Source: Octopus vulgaris (taxonomy: Eukaryota). Taken from it: a stretch of 62,000 nt of DNA. This document shows, piece after piece, positions 51,129-62,000 of this stretch (its first letter is position 1; each line of letters begins with the position of its first letter). The notes beneath the pieces were generated by a model. That model did not search any database. It saw only the letters and a list, made by a program, of their open reading frames with translations, and had not been told where the DNA came from. The stretch is taken from NCBI GenBank assembly GCA_951406725.2, contig OX597815.1:35608001-35670000 (forward strand), in the 5' to 3' direction. Both the position numbers and the translations under genes were made by a program.

Positions 51129-51533
51129 GGCGCAGGAGTGGCTGTGTGGTAAGAAGCTTGCTTACTAGTCACATGGTTCCGGGTTCATGCCCACTGCGTG
51201 GCACCTTGGGCGTTTTCTACTATAACCTCGGGCCGACCAAAGCCTTGTGAGTGGATTTGGTAGACGGAAACAGAAAAAAGCCCGTCGTATATATGTGTAT
51301 ATGTATATATATGTATGTATGTGTGTGTATGTTTGTGTGTCTGTGTTTGTCCCCCCAACATCGCTTGACAACCGATGCTGGTGTGTTTACGTACCCGTAA
51401 CTTAGAGGTTCGTTAAAAGAGGCCGATAGAATAAGTACTAGGCTTACAAAGAATAAGTCGTGGGATCGATTTGCTCGACTAAAGGCAGTGCTCCAGCATG
51501 GCCACAGTCACATGACTGAAACAAGTAAAAGAG
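51129..51533 (+). mobile_element. SINE family A, full-length
   Basis: Consensus match. Confidence 0.95.
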
Positions 51534-52079
51534 TTCTGATGGAAATGAATTTCATTTCCATAATTAGCATACAAAACTAAATCAATACTCCAAATTTGAA
51601 ATCAATTGGAACAAAATTGAAGGAATTGAAAAGTGAAAGCCAAACAGAGAAGATTCGAAATGGATGATTTTGTTGCACACTTCATGAGTAATACTAGCAT
51701 TTCAAAGCAGAAAGAGCATTCACCGAAGGCGATCGCTAATCCTTCCACGAAGGCTAAACCTTTCACTACAACGGACAACGACAACATTGAGAAAGAGAAA
51801 ATTGTTGCGTGAAGTTCCCATGAAGATCGTGCCACATGACTTTGAGAGAAAAATTAAGGTTAATTGTTTTGCCGTAAAAATGTGCAGACAGAAAGAGCAC
51901 TGAGTCATAGTCAGTCGGAAGCTTTCGAAATATGATAAAAACTTTTCTGAAAATGTGAGAGAACAAATGGTGGAACGTGGGTGGATGGCTACGACGTTGA
52001 GACAAAATGACAGTCGGTCATCGACATTAGTTGGGTCATCATCGCTGTGGGGAAAGGAAAAGCTTGTCAACACAACAGC

Positions 52080-52256
52080 CGTTACCTCCACCGCTACCAC
52101 CATAATCACAGCCACCACCAGCAGCTCCACCGACATCATCACATCGCCACCAGTTCCACCACCATCACCATCACCACCACCACCACCACCACCACCACCA
52201 CTCGAATCACTATTAACATTATCACCAGCACCACCATCGATACCATTAAAATCAAC

Positions 52257-52290
<34 letters not shown>

Positions 52291-52640
52291 ACAGTGCCGC
52301 CACTACCACCACCATCACCACCACCACCACCACCCGAATCACAATTAACATTATCACCAGCACCACCATCGATACCATTAAAATCAACACCACCACCACC
52401 ACCACCACCATCATGATCATCAACAGTGCCGCCACTACCACCGTCATCACCAGCAAGACGAAGCATCGCAGAAGCAACTCCACAGGCTGGCATTAAATTA
52501 CTCACAGGCACGCTTCAGCACTACAAGCAGCGACACCACCAACACCACATCCTACGGTACTGCTACCAGCTCCACCAACACTATCGCCACCATGAAACAC
52601 CATAAAACACCACCACGCCTGTCACCACTTACTTGTCGGT
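52080..52640. repeat. (CAC/CAT)-rich low-complexity tract with a 132-bp tandem duplication
   Basis: cgaatcac.attaacattatcaccagc... starts at 52203 and at 52335. Confidence 0.9.
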
Positions 52641-53014
52641 AGGAAGCGGCGGCTCACTGTTAGGCAACGTTGGCCTTGACAGACACACCACATTGTTTGA
52701 TTATGTAAGAGGCCAGTGAATCAGATGTTTGTCACACTAACGTCACGATTGTCCTCACCACACGCACTCGTATGCGACGTATGTGGTTGGTTGTGAGCAC
52801 TTTATACACGCGCGCGCACTTCTAGGGCCTCATTGAAGCAGAACAAGTAATCTTCGAAGATAATTAAACTACGCTAGGTTCTCACAAAAGTTGACATATG
52901 TGAGAACGTACTGAATAAGTTATTTAGTTTGGAGAACACTCCTCTGTGAGATTTTTCCCTAACCACATTGTTCATGACTGAATACAGTCTGATTTGATGT
53001 GGGTGGATAATTTA

Positions 53015-53103
<89 letters not shown>

Positions 53104-53684
53104 ACACACAGAGTATACACATCACATGCGCGCACGCACACATAACATTACACACACACAGGTATTCTTTCTCAAACACAAGCATAAACTTACATAAATT
53201 GGTGCATACAAGCACCTATACACACACACACACATACACTAACATTTTCTTGTGTCCATAGAATGCATACACACCAAGACATGCCTATATGCACATATAA
53301 ATAATTATATTCACATAAGAAAAATTATATGCATAAGCTGATATTACCAGGCATTTAGTAGATAAAAACTTTCGCCAGAGAGTATTTTAATATCTAAGAA
53401 CAAGCAGGGATTACAATTCCAATAATTTGAGATAACTGAAATTTTTAGGCAATATCAATAATGTAGACGTGATCTTTAAAGCAACTTGTGAAAGTAACAG
53501 ACAGGTTTTGGTCTTATTAGACGTCCTTGGCATACCATATTCTATTCATTTTGCAAGTCTTAGACTGATTAGTATAGAGAGAAAAATACAAGGATTATAA
53601 TGATACAGTTTGGGTTGGTTACTGGAGTTCTGAATGTGTAATTCAAATACAACGGGGTCTTACATATAAAATGTAATGTTGAAA

Positions 53685-54190
53685 ACGCAGGCATAGCCAT
53701 AGCCGTGTTGTAAGAAGTTTGCTTTCCAACCACATGGTTCTGGGTTCAGTCCCACTACAAGGCACCCTGGGCAAGTGACTTCTACTATAGATCCGGGCCG
53801 AACAAAGCCTTGCGAGTGGATTTAACGGGCTGAAACTGAAAGAACCCCAACCTCATTATGTGTATGTGTGTGTGTGTGTGTGTGTGCGTGTGTGTGTGTC
53901 TGTGTGTGTGTGTCTGTGTGTGTGTCTATGTGTGTGTGTGTGTGTGTCTGTGTATGTGTATGTGTGTGTGTGTGTGTGTGTGTGCCTTTGTGCTCTTGTT
54001 TGTCCTCCACCACCTCTTTACAACCGGTGTTGGTTTGTTTACGTCCCCCGTAATTCAGCACTTCTACAAAAGAAACTGAAAGAAAAAGCACCAAGTTTAA
54101 GAGACTTCTGGAGTCGGTTTGTTCAGTTAAACCCTTCAAGGCGATACTCCAGCATGGCCGTAATCCAATGACTTAAACAAGCGAAAGAGA
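53685..54190 (+). mobile_element. SINE family A, diverged
   Basis: Consensus match with a long internal (TG)n. Confidence 0.85.
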
Positions 54191-54255
54191 TGCAAGTAGT
54201 AGACAAAATCTCGTTCTCATCTCCTGTCTTTGTCATTTGTTTTTTTGTAAATTCC

Positions 54256-54317
<62 letters not shown>

Positions 54318-54539
54318 GGAGATGTACTTGCATAGCGAGTGACTTGATCTGAGATCGTGTGCTGGAACGAAAACAATTAAGCGTGGAAGGTGTTTATAAG
54401 CCATTTAAGAAACACACAAAAACCGTTAGATTCACTTCAACATTTAAATTTAATTTGTCAAAATATTTTCGTCGCTTTGAGACCGCAACCTGTTCACTGA
54501 CAAAACTTCGTTCTGCATCTCAGAGTGCAGTGAATATAT

Positions 54540-55330
54540 TGTCGTCTAAATTACGCAAAAATGAAAATAACACGGACATCTCATTTTAACAGATGTATTT
54601 ACCAAAATTATATAAAAATATCTTGAAATACTAAAGAGTAAATTTATTCAATAAAATCACCATTGGCTTCAACCACAGCCTCTAGACCACTTCAGAATTT
54701 CCTGCAACTCCACTGGACGGTTTCCTTGTTTAAATTGGTCAATGCTGCCGTAATCCTTACCGACAGTTCATCATTTGTGTTACAAAAAGTTTAATTGGTC
54801 TCTCGCTCAACTGCGCTCCACACATAATAATCAAGGGAGTTGCATTCTGGGGAGTTAGGTTGCCAGATGTTAGGGGTGATGTGGTCGAAGAAATTGTCTG
54901 ACAGCCATGACTGGCTTCTCTAGTTTGTGTAGCTTGGTGCAGTGTCCTGTTGCCACTCCTCCAGGCACTTAATGTCCGCCTCGGTATTGAATCTGAGGCC
55001 GTGAGGGAAGATGAATGGAGGCATAACGTCGCCATCACTAGTGATCACTCAAAACACCATCATGTTGACTGTATGTTTGATTTTTATCACTCTCAGTACA
55101 CGCACTGTCCTCAGATCGACATCCAATCACTCTGAAATGTTCATATTGAAGCTTCCGGTGCGAATGCCAAGCAGTACAGTATGTTGTTTCCAAATTTCTG
55201 GAAGAGTTAATTTCGTCATGGTGCTGTTTTTCTCACAGACAGTCCAACTGACCCTACTATACTGTGTAGTCAACAAAATCAAAAGCTAACAATGCGCATG
55301 CGTGAAATTAAAAATACAACAACGCGAGGA
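54540..55330 (-). mobile_element. Tc1/mariner (maT-like) element, internally deleted
   Basis: MVFGVITSDGDVMPPFIF, WQQDTAPSYT and WQPNSPECNSLDYYVWSAVERE...LEAVVEANGDFIE. Confidence 0.8.
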
Positions 55331-55339
55331 CGTGGAACA

Positions 55340-56285
55340 AGTATAGTGTTACTGGGCGCTCATGAAAGGAAAGAAAGAAGGATTTAACGTTTCGAGCGGA
55401 GCTCTTCGTCATATATATAATGAAAGAATGGATATTACTAATGAGTGAAACGTAAACACACAAGAGATAAGTACAAGACAAAATTCCAAAAACATACGCA
55501 ATAAGTACAGGACATCACCAACGAGTGAAAAATACGTAGACACACGCGAGAAAAGTACAATGCAAAATACTAAAAGAAGATAATTCCTCATCAGTTGTCG
55601 GACTGTTTATTACTCCTATTTCATGCTTTTAATGACAATATAGGGACCTTCATAAGACAGCAGCATCCAGAAATTTAAAAAAAATTTTAATTTAAAAATT
55701 CATGGAAAGCCAGAGCTTCGAACGAATAAATAACGAAAGAGTGGACGTACAGAGTAAACAATCGACAAAGGGCTGTTAGGCCAAGACGAATCGTAATGAG
55801 TAATGCCTGGGAGAAATTTTATCAAGGAAATAGGATAACAGAAGGGAAGAAAATAGTAGAAGAGAATAATTAGAAGAGAAGAAAATAGTAGAAGAAAAAA
55901 ATTTCGAGAGTCGAGAAGAATTACATCCAACCCGATGAACGACCAGTCCAGAAAAGAAAGGGACAATAGAAATAGCCTGTAGTCACGTGTGAGTAACAGA
56001 GGTAGAGTGGAAGATGAACAAAAGAAATGATGAGGGAAAGAAACAAAAGAAGTGAGGAGAAGGGAGAAGGAACGACAGATAGTAGGGAGTGGAAGAAAGA
56101 CAGATAGGGGAAGCAAAGGTTATAGTGGGATAGAGAGAAAGAAAGAAAACAGTATGAAATCGCAGAAATTATGAATAAAAGTAAGAACTTGCTGTGGTCA
56201 AGGCTGCGTTGTTCTGTACACAATGTGTACTTTTCGTTTTATATATTCATAATTGAACGCCACGCAGTTTTGACCACAGTAAATT
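55340..56285 (-). mobile_element. Non-coding PLE-like module (homologous to 44152-44876)
   Basis: Shared aattgaacgccacgca end, ctgtct..gaag...gacaactgatga block, pyrimidine-rich tract and gtcacgtg. Confidence 0.6.
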
Positions 56286-56288
56286 CTC

Positions 56289-56342
<54 letters not shown>

Positions 56343-57041
56343 GCATACCTCGTTTTACGTAACCCCGATTTACGAAACCTCAACTTTACGAATTGTTGAC
56401 GAGAAACAAAAACAAATGGTTAGTTACCATGGCAACGAGCGTCACTTCCGGCCTGGCAGCACTTGTTATCTCCAGCGATCGTCTGCAACTACTTTTTGGA
56501 TTTGAAGTGTGTCAGTGCCTGCCCGACTGGCTTCGCGCTAGCCTGCATTTTATCTTCCTTCATTCTATTCACTTCTTTATTTTTATTTTTATTTTTTACG
56601 CATTTTATTCTTTTGACTACCCTTGTGGTGGCTTCGAAAAGAAAGAATTCTGGAATGCAAAGCAAATATAAGAAGAAACGTAAAACAATTAATCTAGAAA
56701 TATAATACGGATTGATTAAACAACACGAAAAAGGTGCAACTTTTAAAGATTTATCAAAAAATTTGATATGGCTCCTTCATCTGTTTGTACCATCTTCAAG
56801 CCAAAAGAAAATTATTTCGATAAAGTTAAAGGATGTCATTCTCTAAATTCAACTTGGTTACGAAGAAGAGATAATGAAAGTTTAGTCTCACGCACAGAAA
56901 AACTTTTGACAGCTTGGATTAACGATCAAATTCATAGACGTCATATGCCACTTAGTCAGGCAATAATTGGTAGTAAAGCAATTTCACTTTTTAACTTGCT
57001 TAAGGATAAATCAGATGGATTAAATGAAGCCTTTTTAACAA

Positions 57042-58891
57042 GCAATGGTTGGTTCGATGGTTTCAAAAAAACAAGCAAATCTACACTTTTGCAATGGTTG
57101 GTTTGATGGTTTCAAAAAAACAAGCAAATCTACACTTTTGCAATGGTTGGTTTGATGGTTTCAAAAAAACAAGCAAATCTACACTTTTGCAATGGTTGGT
57201 TTGATGGTTTCAAAAAAACAAGCAAATCTACACTTTTGCAATGGTTGGTTTGATGGTTTCAAAAAAACAAGCAAATCTACACTTTTGCAATGGTTGGTTT
57301 GATGGTTTCAAAAAAACAAGCAAATCTACACTTTTGCAATGGTTGGTTTGATGGTTTCAAAAAAACAAGCAAATCTACACTTTTGCAATGGTTGGTTTGA
57401 TGGTTTCAAAAAAACAAGCAAATCTACACTTTTGCAATGGTTGGTTTGATGGTTTCAAAAAAACAAGCAAATCTACACTTTTGCAATGGTTGGTTTGATG
57501 GTTTCAAAAAAACAAGCAAATCTACACTTTTGCAATGGTTGGTTTGATGGTTTCAAAAAACAAGCAAATCTACACTTTTGCAATGGTTGGTTTGATGGTT
57601 TCAAAAAAACAAGCAAATCTACACTTTTGCAATGGTTGGTTCGATGGTTTCAAAAAACAAGCAAATCTACACTTTTGCAATGGTTGGTTTGATGGTTTCA
57701 AAAAAACAAGCAAATCTACACTTTTGCAATGGTTGGTTCGATGGTTTCAAAAAAACAAGCAAATCTACACTTTTGCAATGGTTGGTTTGATGGTTTCAAA
57801 AAAACAAGCAAATCTACACTTTTGCAATGGTTGGTTCGATGGTTTCAAAAAAACAAGCAAATCTACACTTTTGCAATGGTTGGTTCGATGGTTTCAAAAA
57901 ACAAGCAAATCTACACTTTTGCAATGGTTGGTTCGATGGTTTCAAAAAAACAAGCAAATCTACACTTTTGCAATGGTTGGTTTGATGGTTTCAAAAAAAC
58001 AAGCAAATCTACACTTTTGCAATGGTTGGTTCGATGGTTTCAAAAAAACAAGCAAATCTACACTTTTGCAATGGTTGGTTTGATGGTTTCAAAAAAACAA
58101 GCAAATCTACACTTTTGCAATGGTTGGTTCGATGGTTTCAAAAAAACAAGCAAATCTACACTTTTGCAATGGTTGGTTTGATGGTTTCAAAAAAACAAGC
58201 AAATCTACACTTTTGCAATGGTTGGTTCGATGGTTTCAAAAAAACAAGCAAATCTACACTTTTGCAATGGTTGGTTCGATGGTTTCAAAAAAACAAGCAA
58301 ATCTACACTTTTGCAATGGTTGGTTCGATGGTTTCAAAAAAACAAGCAAATCTACACTTTTGCAATGGTTGGTTTGATGGTTTCAAAAAAACAAGCAAAT
58401 CTACACTTTTGCAATGGTTGGTTTGATGGTTTCAAAAAAACAAGCAAATCTACACTTTTGCAATGGTTGGTTTGATGGTTTCAAAAAAACAAGCAAATCT
58501 ACACTTTTGCAATGGTTGGTTTGATGGTTTCAAAAAAACAAGCAAATCTACACTTTTGCAATGGTTGGTTTGATGGTTTCAAAAAAACAAGCAAATCTAC
58601 ACTTTGCAATGGTTGGTTTGATGGTTTCAAAAAAACAAGCAAATCTACACTTTTGCAATGGTTGGTTTGATGGTTTCAAAAAAACAAGCAAATCTACACT
58701 TTTGCAATGGTTGGTTTGATGGTTTCAAAAAAACAAGCAAATCTACACTTTTGCAATGGTTGGTTCGATGGTTTCAAAAAACAAGCAAATCTACACTTTT
58801 GCAATGGTTGGTTTGATGGTTTCAAAAAAACAAGCAAATCTACACTTTTGCAATGGTTGGTTTGATGGTTTCAAAAAAACAAGCAAATCTA
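57042..58891. repeat. 49-bp tandem array (~38 units) inside the Tigger coding sequence
   Basis: Unit gcaatggttggttYgatggtttcaaaaaaacaagcaaatctacactttt; variation limited to C/T, A6/A7 and one T deletion. Confidence 0.98.
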
Positions 58892-59842
58892 AACAATGTA
58901 AAGATCCAAGGAGAATCGTCTAGCGGAGATCAAAAAGCCGCAGAAACAATTCCTCGCCAATTAGAAGATTTGGTTGAAGAAGAAGGCTGTCTCAAATATT
59001 TAATGTGGATAAAACGGGTCCATTTTGGAAACGAATGTCTTCAAGGATTTTTATTGCGAGAGAAAAATCTTCAAGGCCAGGATTCAAAGCTGCAAAAAAT
59101 GGGATAACATTGCTTCTGGGAGGAAATTTTGAAGAGGACTGCAAACTCAAGCTCATACTTAATTATCGATCTGAAAACACCCGTACTTTAGAAGGAATAG
59201 ACAAGACGAAACTTCCTATAATCTGGAAGCATAACAAAACAGTTTGGATGGCAGGAACTCTATTTGAAGATTGGTTTTCTTATCACTTTGTTCCCAAAAT
59301 GGAAAAAAATATTGTAAGGATAAATAATTCCTTTCAAGATTCTTTTGATAATGGATAGTGCTCCCAACCATGCTGCATTTTTAAAGCATCACCATCAAAA
59401 TATTAATGTTTTTTTTTTATACCTCCTAATACAACATCTTTATTGCAGCCTATGAATCAAGGAGTCATTTCATCGTTTAAATATTACTAATTCCTTTTCA
59501 CCTTTGAAAGACTCATCGGAGTGACTTATAAAGAAAATGGTTCTACGATTCAAGAATTTTGGAAGCGCTTCAACATCCTTGATGCAATAAAATTGATAAA
59601 GAAAGCATTGGATAAGATCGCCGTAAAGAACATGAAAGGAAATTGGAAAAATCTCTGTCCCAAATTAATTGACAATTTTGAAGGATTTGATAATCTTCAT
59701 GAAGGTCTTCAAAAAGAAACTGACACGCAAAGGAATCGAACTTAGAAATTTCACCTGAAGATATAAAAGAAGCTCTTTATGCTCACAGTGATGAAATTAC
59801 AAATGAAGAATTGCTAGAAATGAAGAAGTTTAAACGTGACAG

Positions 59843-59984
59843 AGAAGAAGAAGAAGAAGAAGAAGAAGAAGAAGAAGAAGAAGAAGAAGAAGAAGAAGAA
59901 GAAGAAGAAGAAGAAGAAGAAGAAGAAGAAGAAGAAGAAGAAGAAGAAGAAGAAGAAGAAGAAGAAGAAGAAGAAGAAGAAGAA
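59843..59984. repeat. Pure (GAA)n, about 47 units
   Basis: Directly visible, within the Tigger acidic C-terminal region. Confidence 0.98.
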
Positions 59985-60485
59985 TGCCGGAGTGCATGAA
60001 ATCTTTGAGCAGCAAGGTGCCGATTTTGAAAGAAGCTCAACTGTTACTGCAAATTTAATGAGAGGTCATGCTTGTTATCGTGATATCTACTGTGAAATGA
60101 TGAAGAAATCTTTTCAACAAACAACTTTAGATAAGCTTTTAACGAAGAAAACTAATTCGGACCAAACAACAAAACAAAAAGAAACTCAACAAATGGAATT
60201 GACATGCTCTCAAGAGGCCCCAGTGACGTTAGACCCAATGGATACGAATTAAATTTCATGGGTTGAATATTTTGTTTTATAGGTTTTTCTATTTTTCATT
60301 CTGTAGTTTGTGATTATTTATATCTTAACCTTTTTTTTTTCAATTTTAGAAAGTTTAAGAATCAACTTCTTTAGTGGGAACTAATTAAAGGTATATTCAT
60401 TGTTTTCCATGGACGATAATACCCCAACAATACGAATTTTTGACTTTACGAATCTAGTCAGGAACGACTATATGTATATATGTAC

Positions 60486-60518
<33 letters not shown>

Positions 60519-60520
60519 CA

Positions 60521-62000
60521 CTAGCAGAGATACCCGGCGTTGCCCGGTTACATTCAATAGAAGAATTAGACTTTTCTGTTATATATATATATATGGATAC
60601 ACAAACACATACACACACAAATATATGTATATTAATATAAATACATGAAAGTACATGAATTTTGTTAAAAAAAAGGGGATCTTGTATATACCTCCTGGCT
60701 GTTGAGATTATAACACCTCGTTGTAAACAATGTTCCTTGTTTTTCCTTGTGGAGCATATACAAGAAGGTTTCTTTTGGTTCCTACTCTTGAGCAGCCAAC
60801 ATACAGTTGCCTATGCGAGAAGCAGGGCTCTTCCAAGAGAAGACCAGCTACAGAGAGGGTTTGACCCTGAGATTTGTTAATGGACATGGCAAAGCTGACA
60901 CGAAGGGGGAATTGCAGTCTTCTGAATGTAAATGGAATTTCTGCTCCTGATGGAGTAAGAGGAAATCTTGGAATAAAGACGTCATCACCTTTTCCACATC
61001 CAGAAAGAATGATCGCCTCGATAACGTGTGATATCATTTTCTTTATCACCAGTCGTGTTCCATTGCAAAGTCTTGGTGGTTCCAGATTGCGGAGTAGCAT
61101 TACAGGAGTTCCAACTTTAAGTGGTAATATGTGTGGAGGTAGTCGAAGAGGCTCCAGTGAATTGAGAAATTCAGGAGGATAGTTCACAACTTCATTTATA
61201 TCTGGAATTGTATCAACAGACTTGTAAGTGTGTCTAGTGCCGGGAAGAGAATGCATTAGCTGTTGATTAATTTTGTTAACAGCGACGTTTTTTGGAGCTA
61301 ATATGGCTCTTTCACACCGCCAATTGTGATTTTGGTAGTTTTGTGTGAAGTTGGGAAAGACTTTGTTTTTGAGGTCATCTACAGAATGAACAACAGAGGA
61401 AAATGACCACATGTTCCATTTGTCCTGCAGCATCGAGAGGCATCTTGCCTTCACCAAGTGTCAAAATGTCGTGTGCAAACTTTGTGGACATTTTGTCGCC
61501 TTGTAGCTGAGCTCTCATGTTAGTGGTGAGACTAAAGATTGCAACATGATGACATAGGGTAGAGGACTTTAGGCATGCTTGAACTTCATCAGCTCTAGTG
61601 CCTTTCGGAATGATAGGAAGAGTTTGCCTGAAATCACCTGACAACAGAAGCGTTACACCTCCCATTGGAGCCTGACAGTCACGGATGTCTTTCAGGGTTC
61701 TATCTAATGCTTCCAAAGCTCCCTTGTGAGCCATAGTGCACTCAGCCAGACAATTACATAACACATTTTAAGTACTTGTCCCTGATCTGAGCTTTTGTTG
61801 ATGTTGCATGAGAGGGAGTTTAAAAGTTGAGTGTGCTGTCCTGCCACCGGGTAACAAAGTAGCTGCAATGCCAGAGGAGGCTACAGCTACTGCAATGTCC
61901 TGATGCTACCTAACTTCTGCAAGGAGAAGCTTTGTAATAAATGTTTTTTCTGTCCCTCCAGGAGCACCGAGGAAGAAGATTGGTCCCTCGCGTTGGCGTA
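60521..62000 (-). mobile_element. Helitron 3' portion with PIF1-family helicase pseudogene; runs off the window
   Basis: LGAPGGTEKT (decayed Walker A), ASSGIAATLLPGGRTAHSTFKLP, SGDFRQTLP, LRNLEPPRLCNGTRL and FAMSINKSQGQT; 3' hairpin ccgggcaacgccggg and CTAG|T at 60521-60547. Confidence 0.95.

Larger units (their letters stand above)
56340..60470 (+). mobile_element. Tigger/pogo DNA transposon, disrupted, right TIR missing
   Basis: Left end caagcatacctcgttttacg; CENP-B-like HTH (SNGWFDGFKK); DDE_1 motifs MDKTGPFWKRM, ITLLLGGN, MDSAPNH and PPNTTSLLQPMNQGVI. Confidence 0.93.

Noticed and set aside
57486-58475. Repetitive ORFs (MVGLMVSKKQANLHFCNGWFDGFKK...)
   Set aside because: Frame-cycling products of the 49-bp array, not a gene.
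60708-61764. Host PIF1 gene
   Set aside because: Intronless, frameshifted, Walker motifs mutated, and followed by a Helitron hairpin and CTAG.

Overview
AT-rich, repeat-saturated eukaryotic DNA with no host protein-coding exon, rRNA, true tRNA or CRISPR array that I can support. The three tRNA-derived SINE families, very dense microsatellites and the transposon mix point to an Octopus genome (inference). Recognisable decayed elements: an RTE LINE with three C-terminal C2H2 fingers, a CR1/L2-like 3' end, an R4/Dong-like RLE 3' end, several Penelope-like (PLE) pieces, Merlin/ISXO2, a full-length mariner, a maT-like Tc1/mariner, piggyBac, Tigger/pogo, a Helitron RepHel end plus non-autonomous Helitrons, and several MITEs. 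Most entries in the ORF track are microsatellite artefacts. The most interesting structure is non-coding: (1) a near-perfect 1.12-kb palindrome next to the Merlin element; (2) a ~38 x 49-bp satellite born inside the Tigger CENP-B-type HTH coding sequence; (3) SINE family B inserting into its own GGTATT site, in one case with a 28-bp TSD; (4) asymmetric fold-back elements inside (TA)n tracts; (5) degenerate hammerhead-ribozyme-like cores and non-autonomous PLE-like modules; (6) a 26-bp minisatellite with an incipient 9-unit higher-order repeat. All alignments were done by eye, so boundaries without an explicit terminal motif are approximate.
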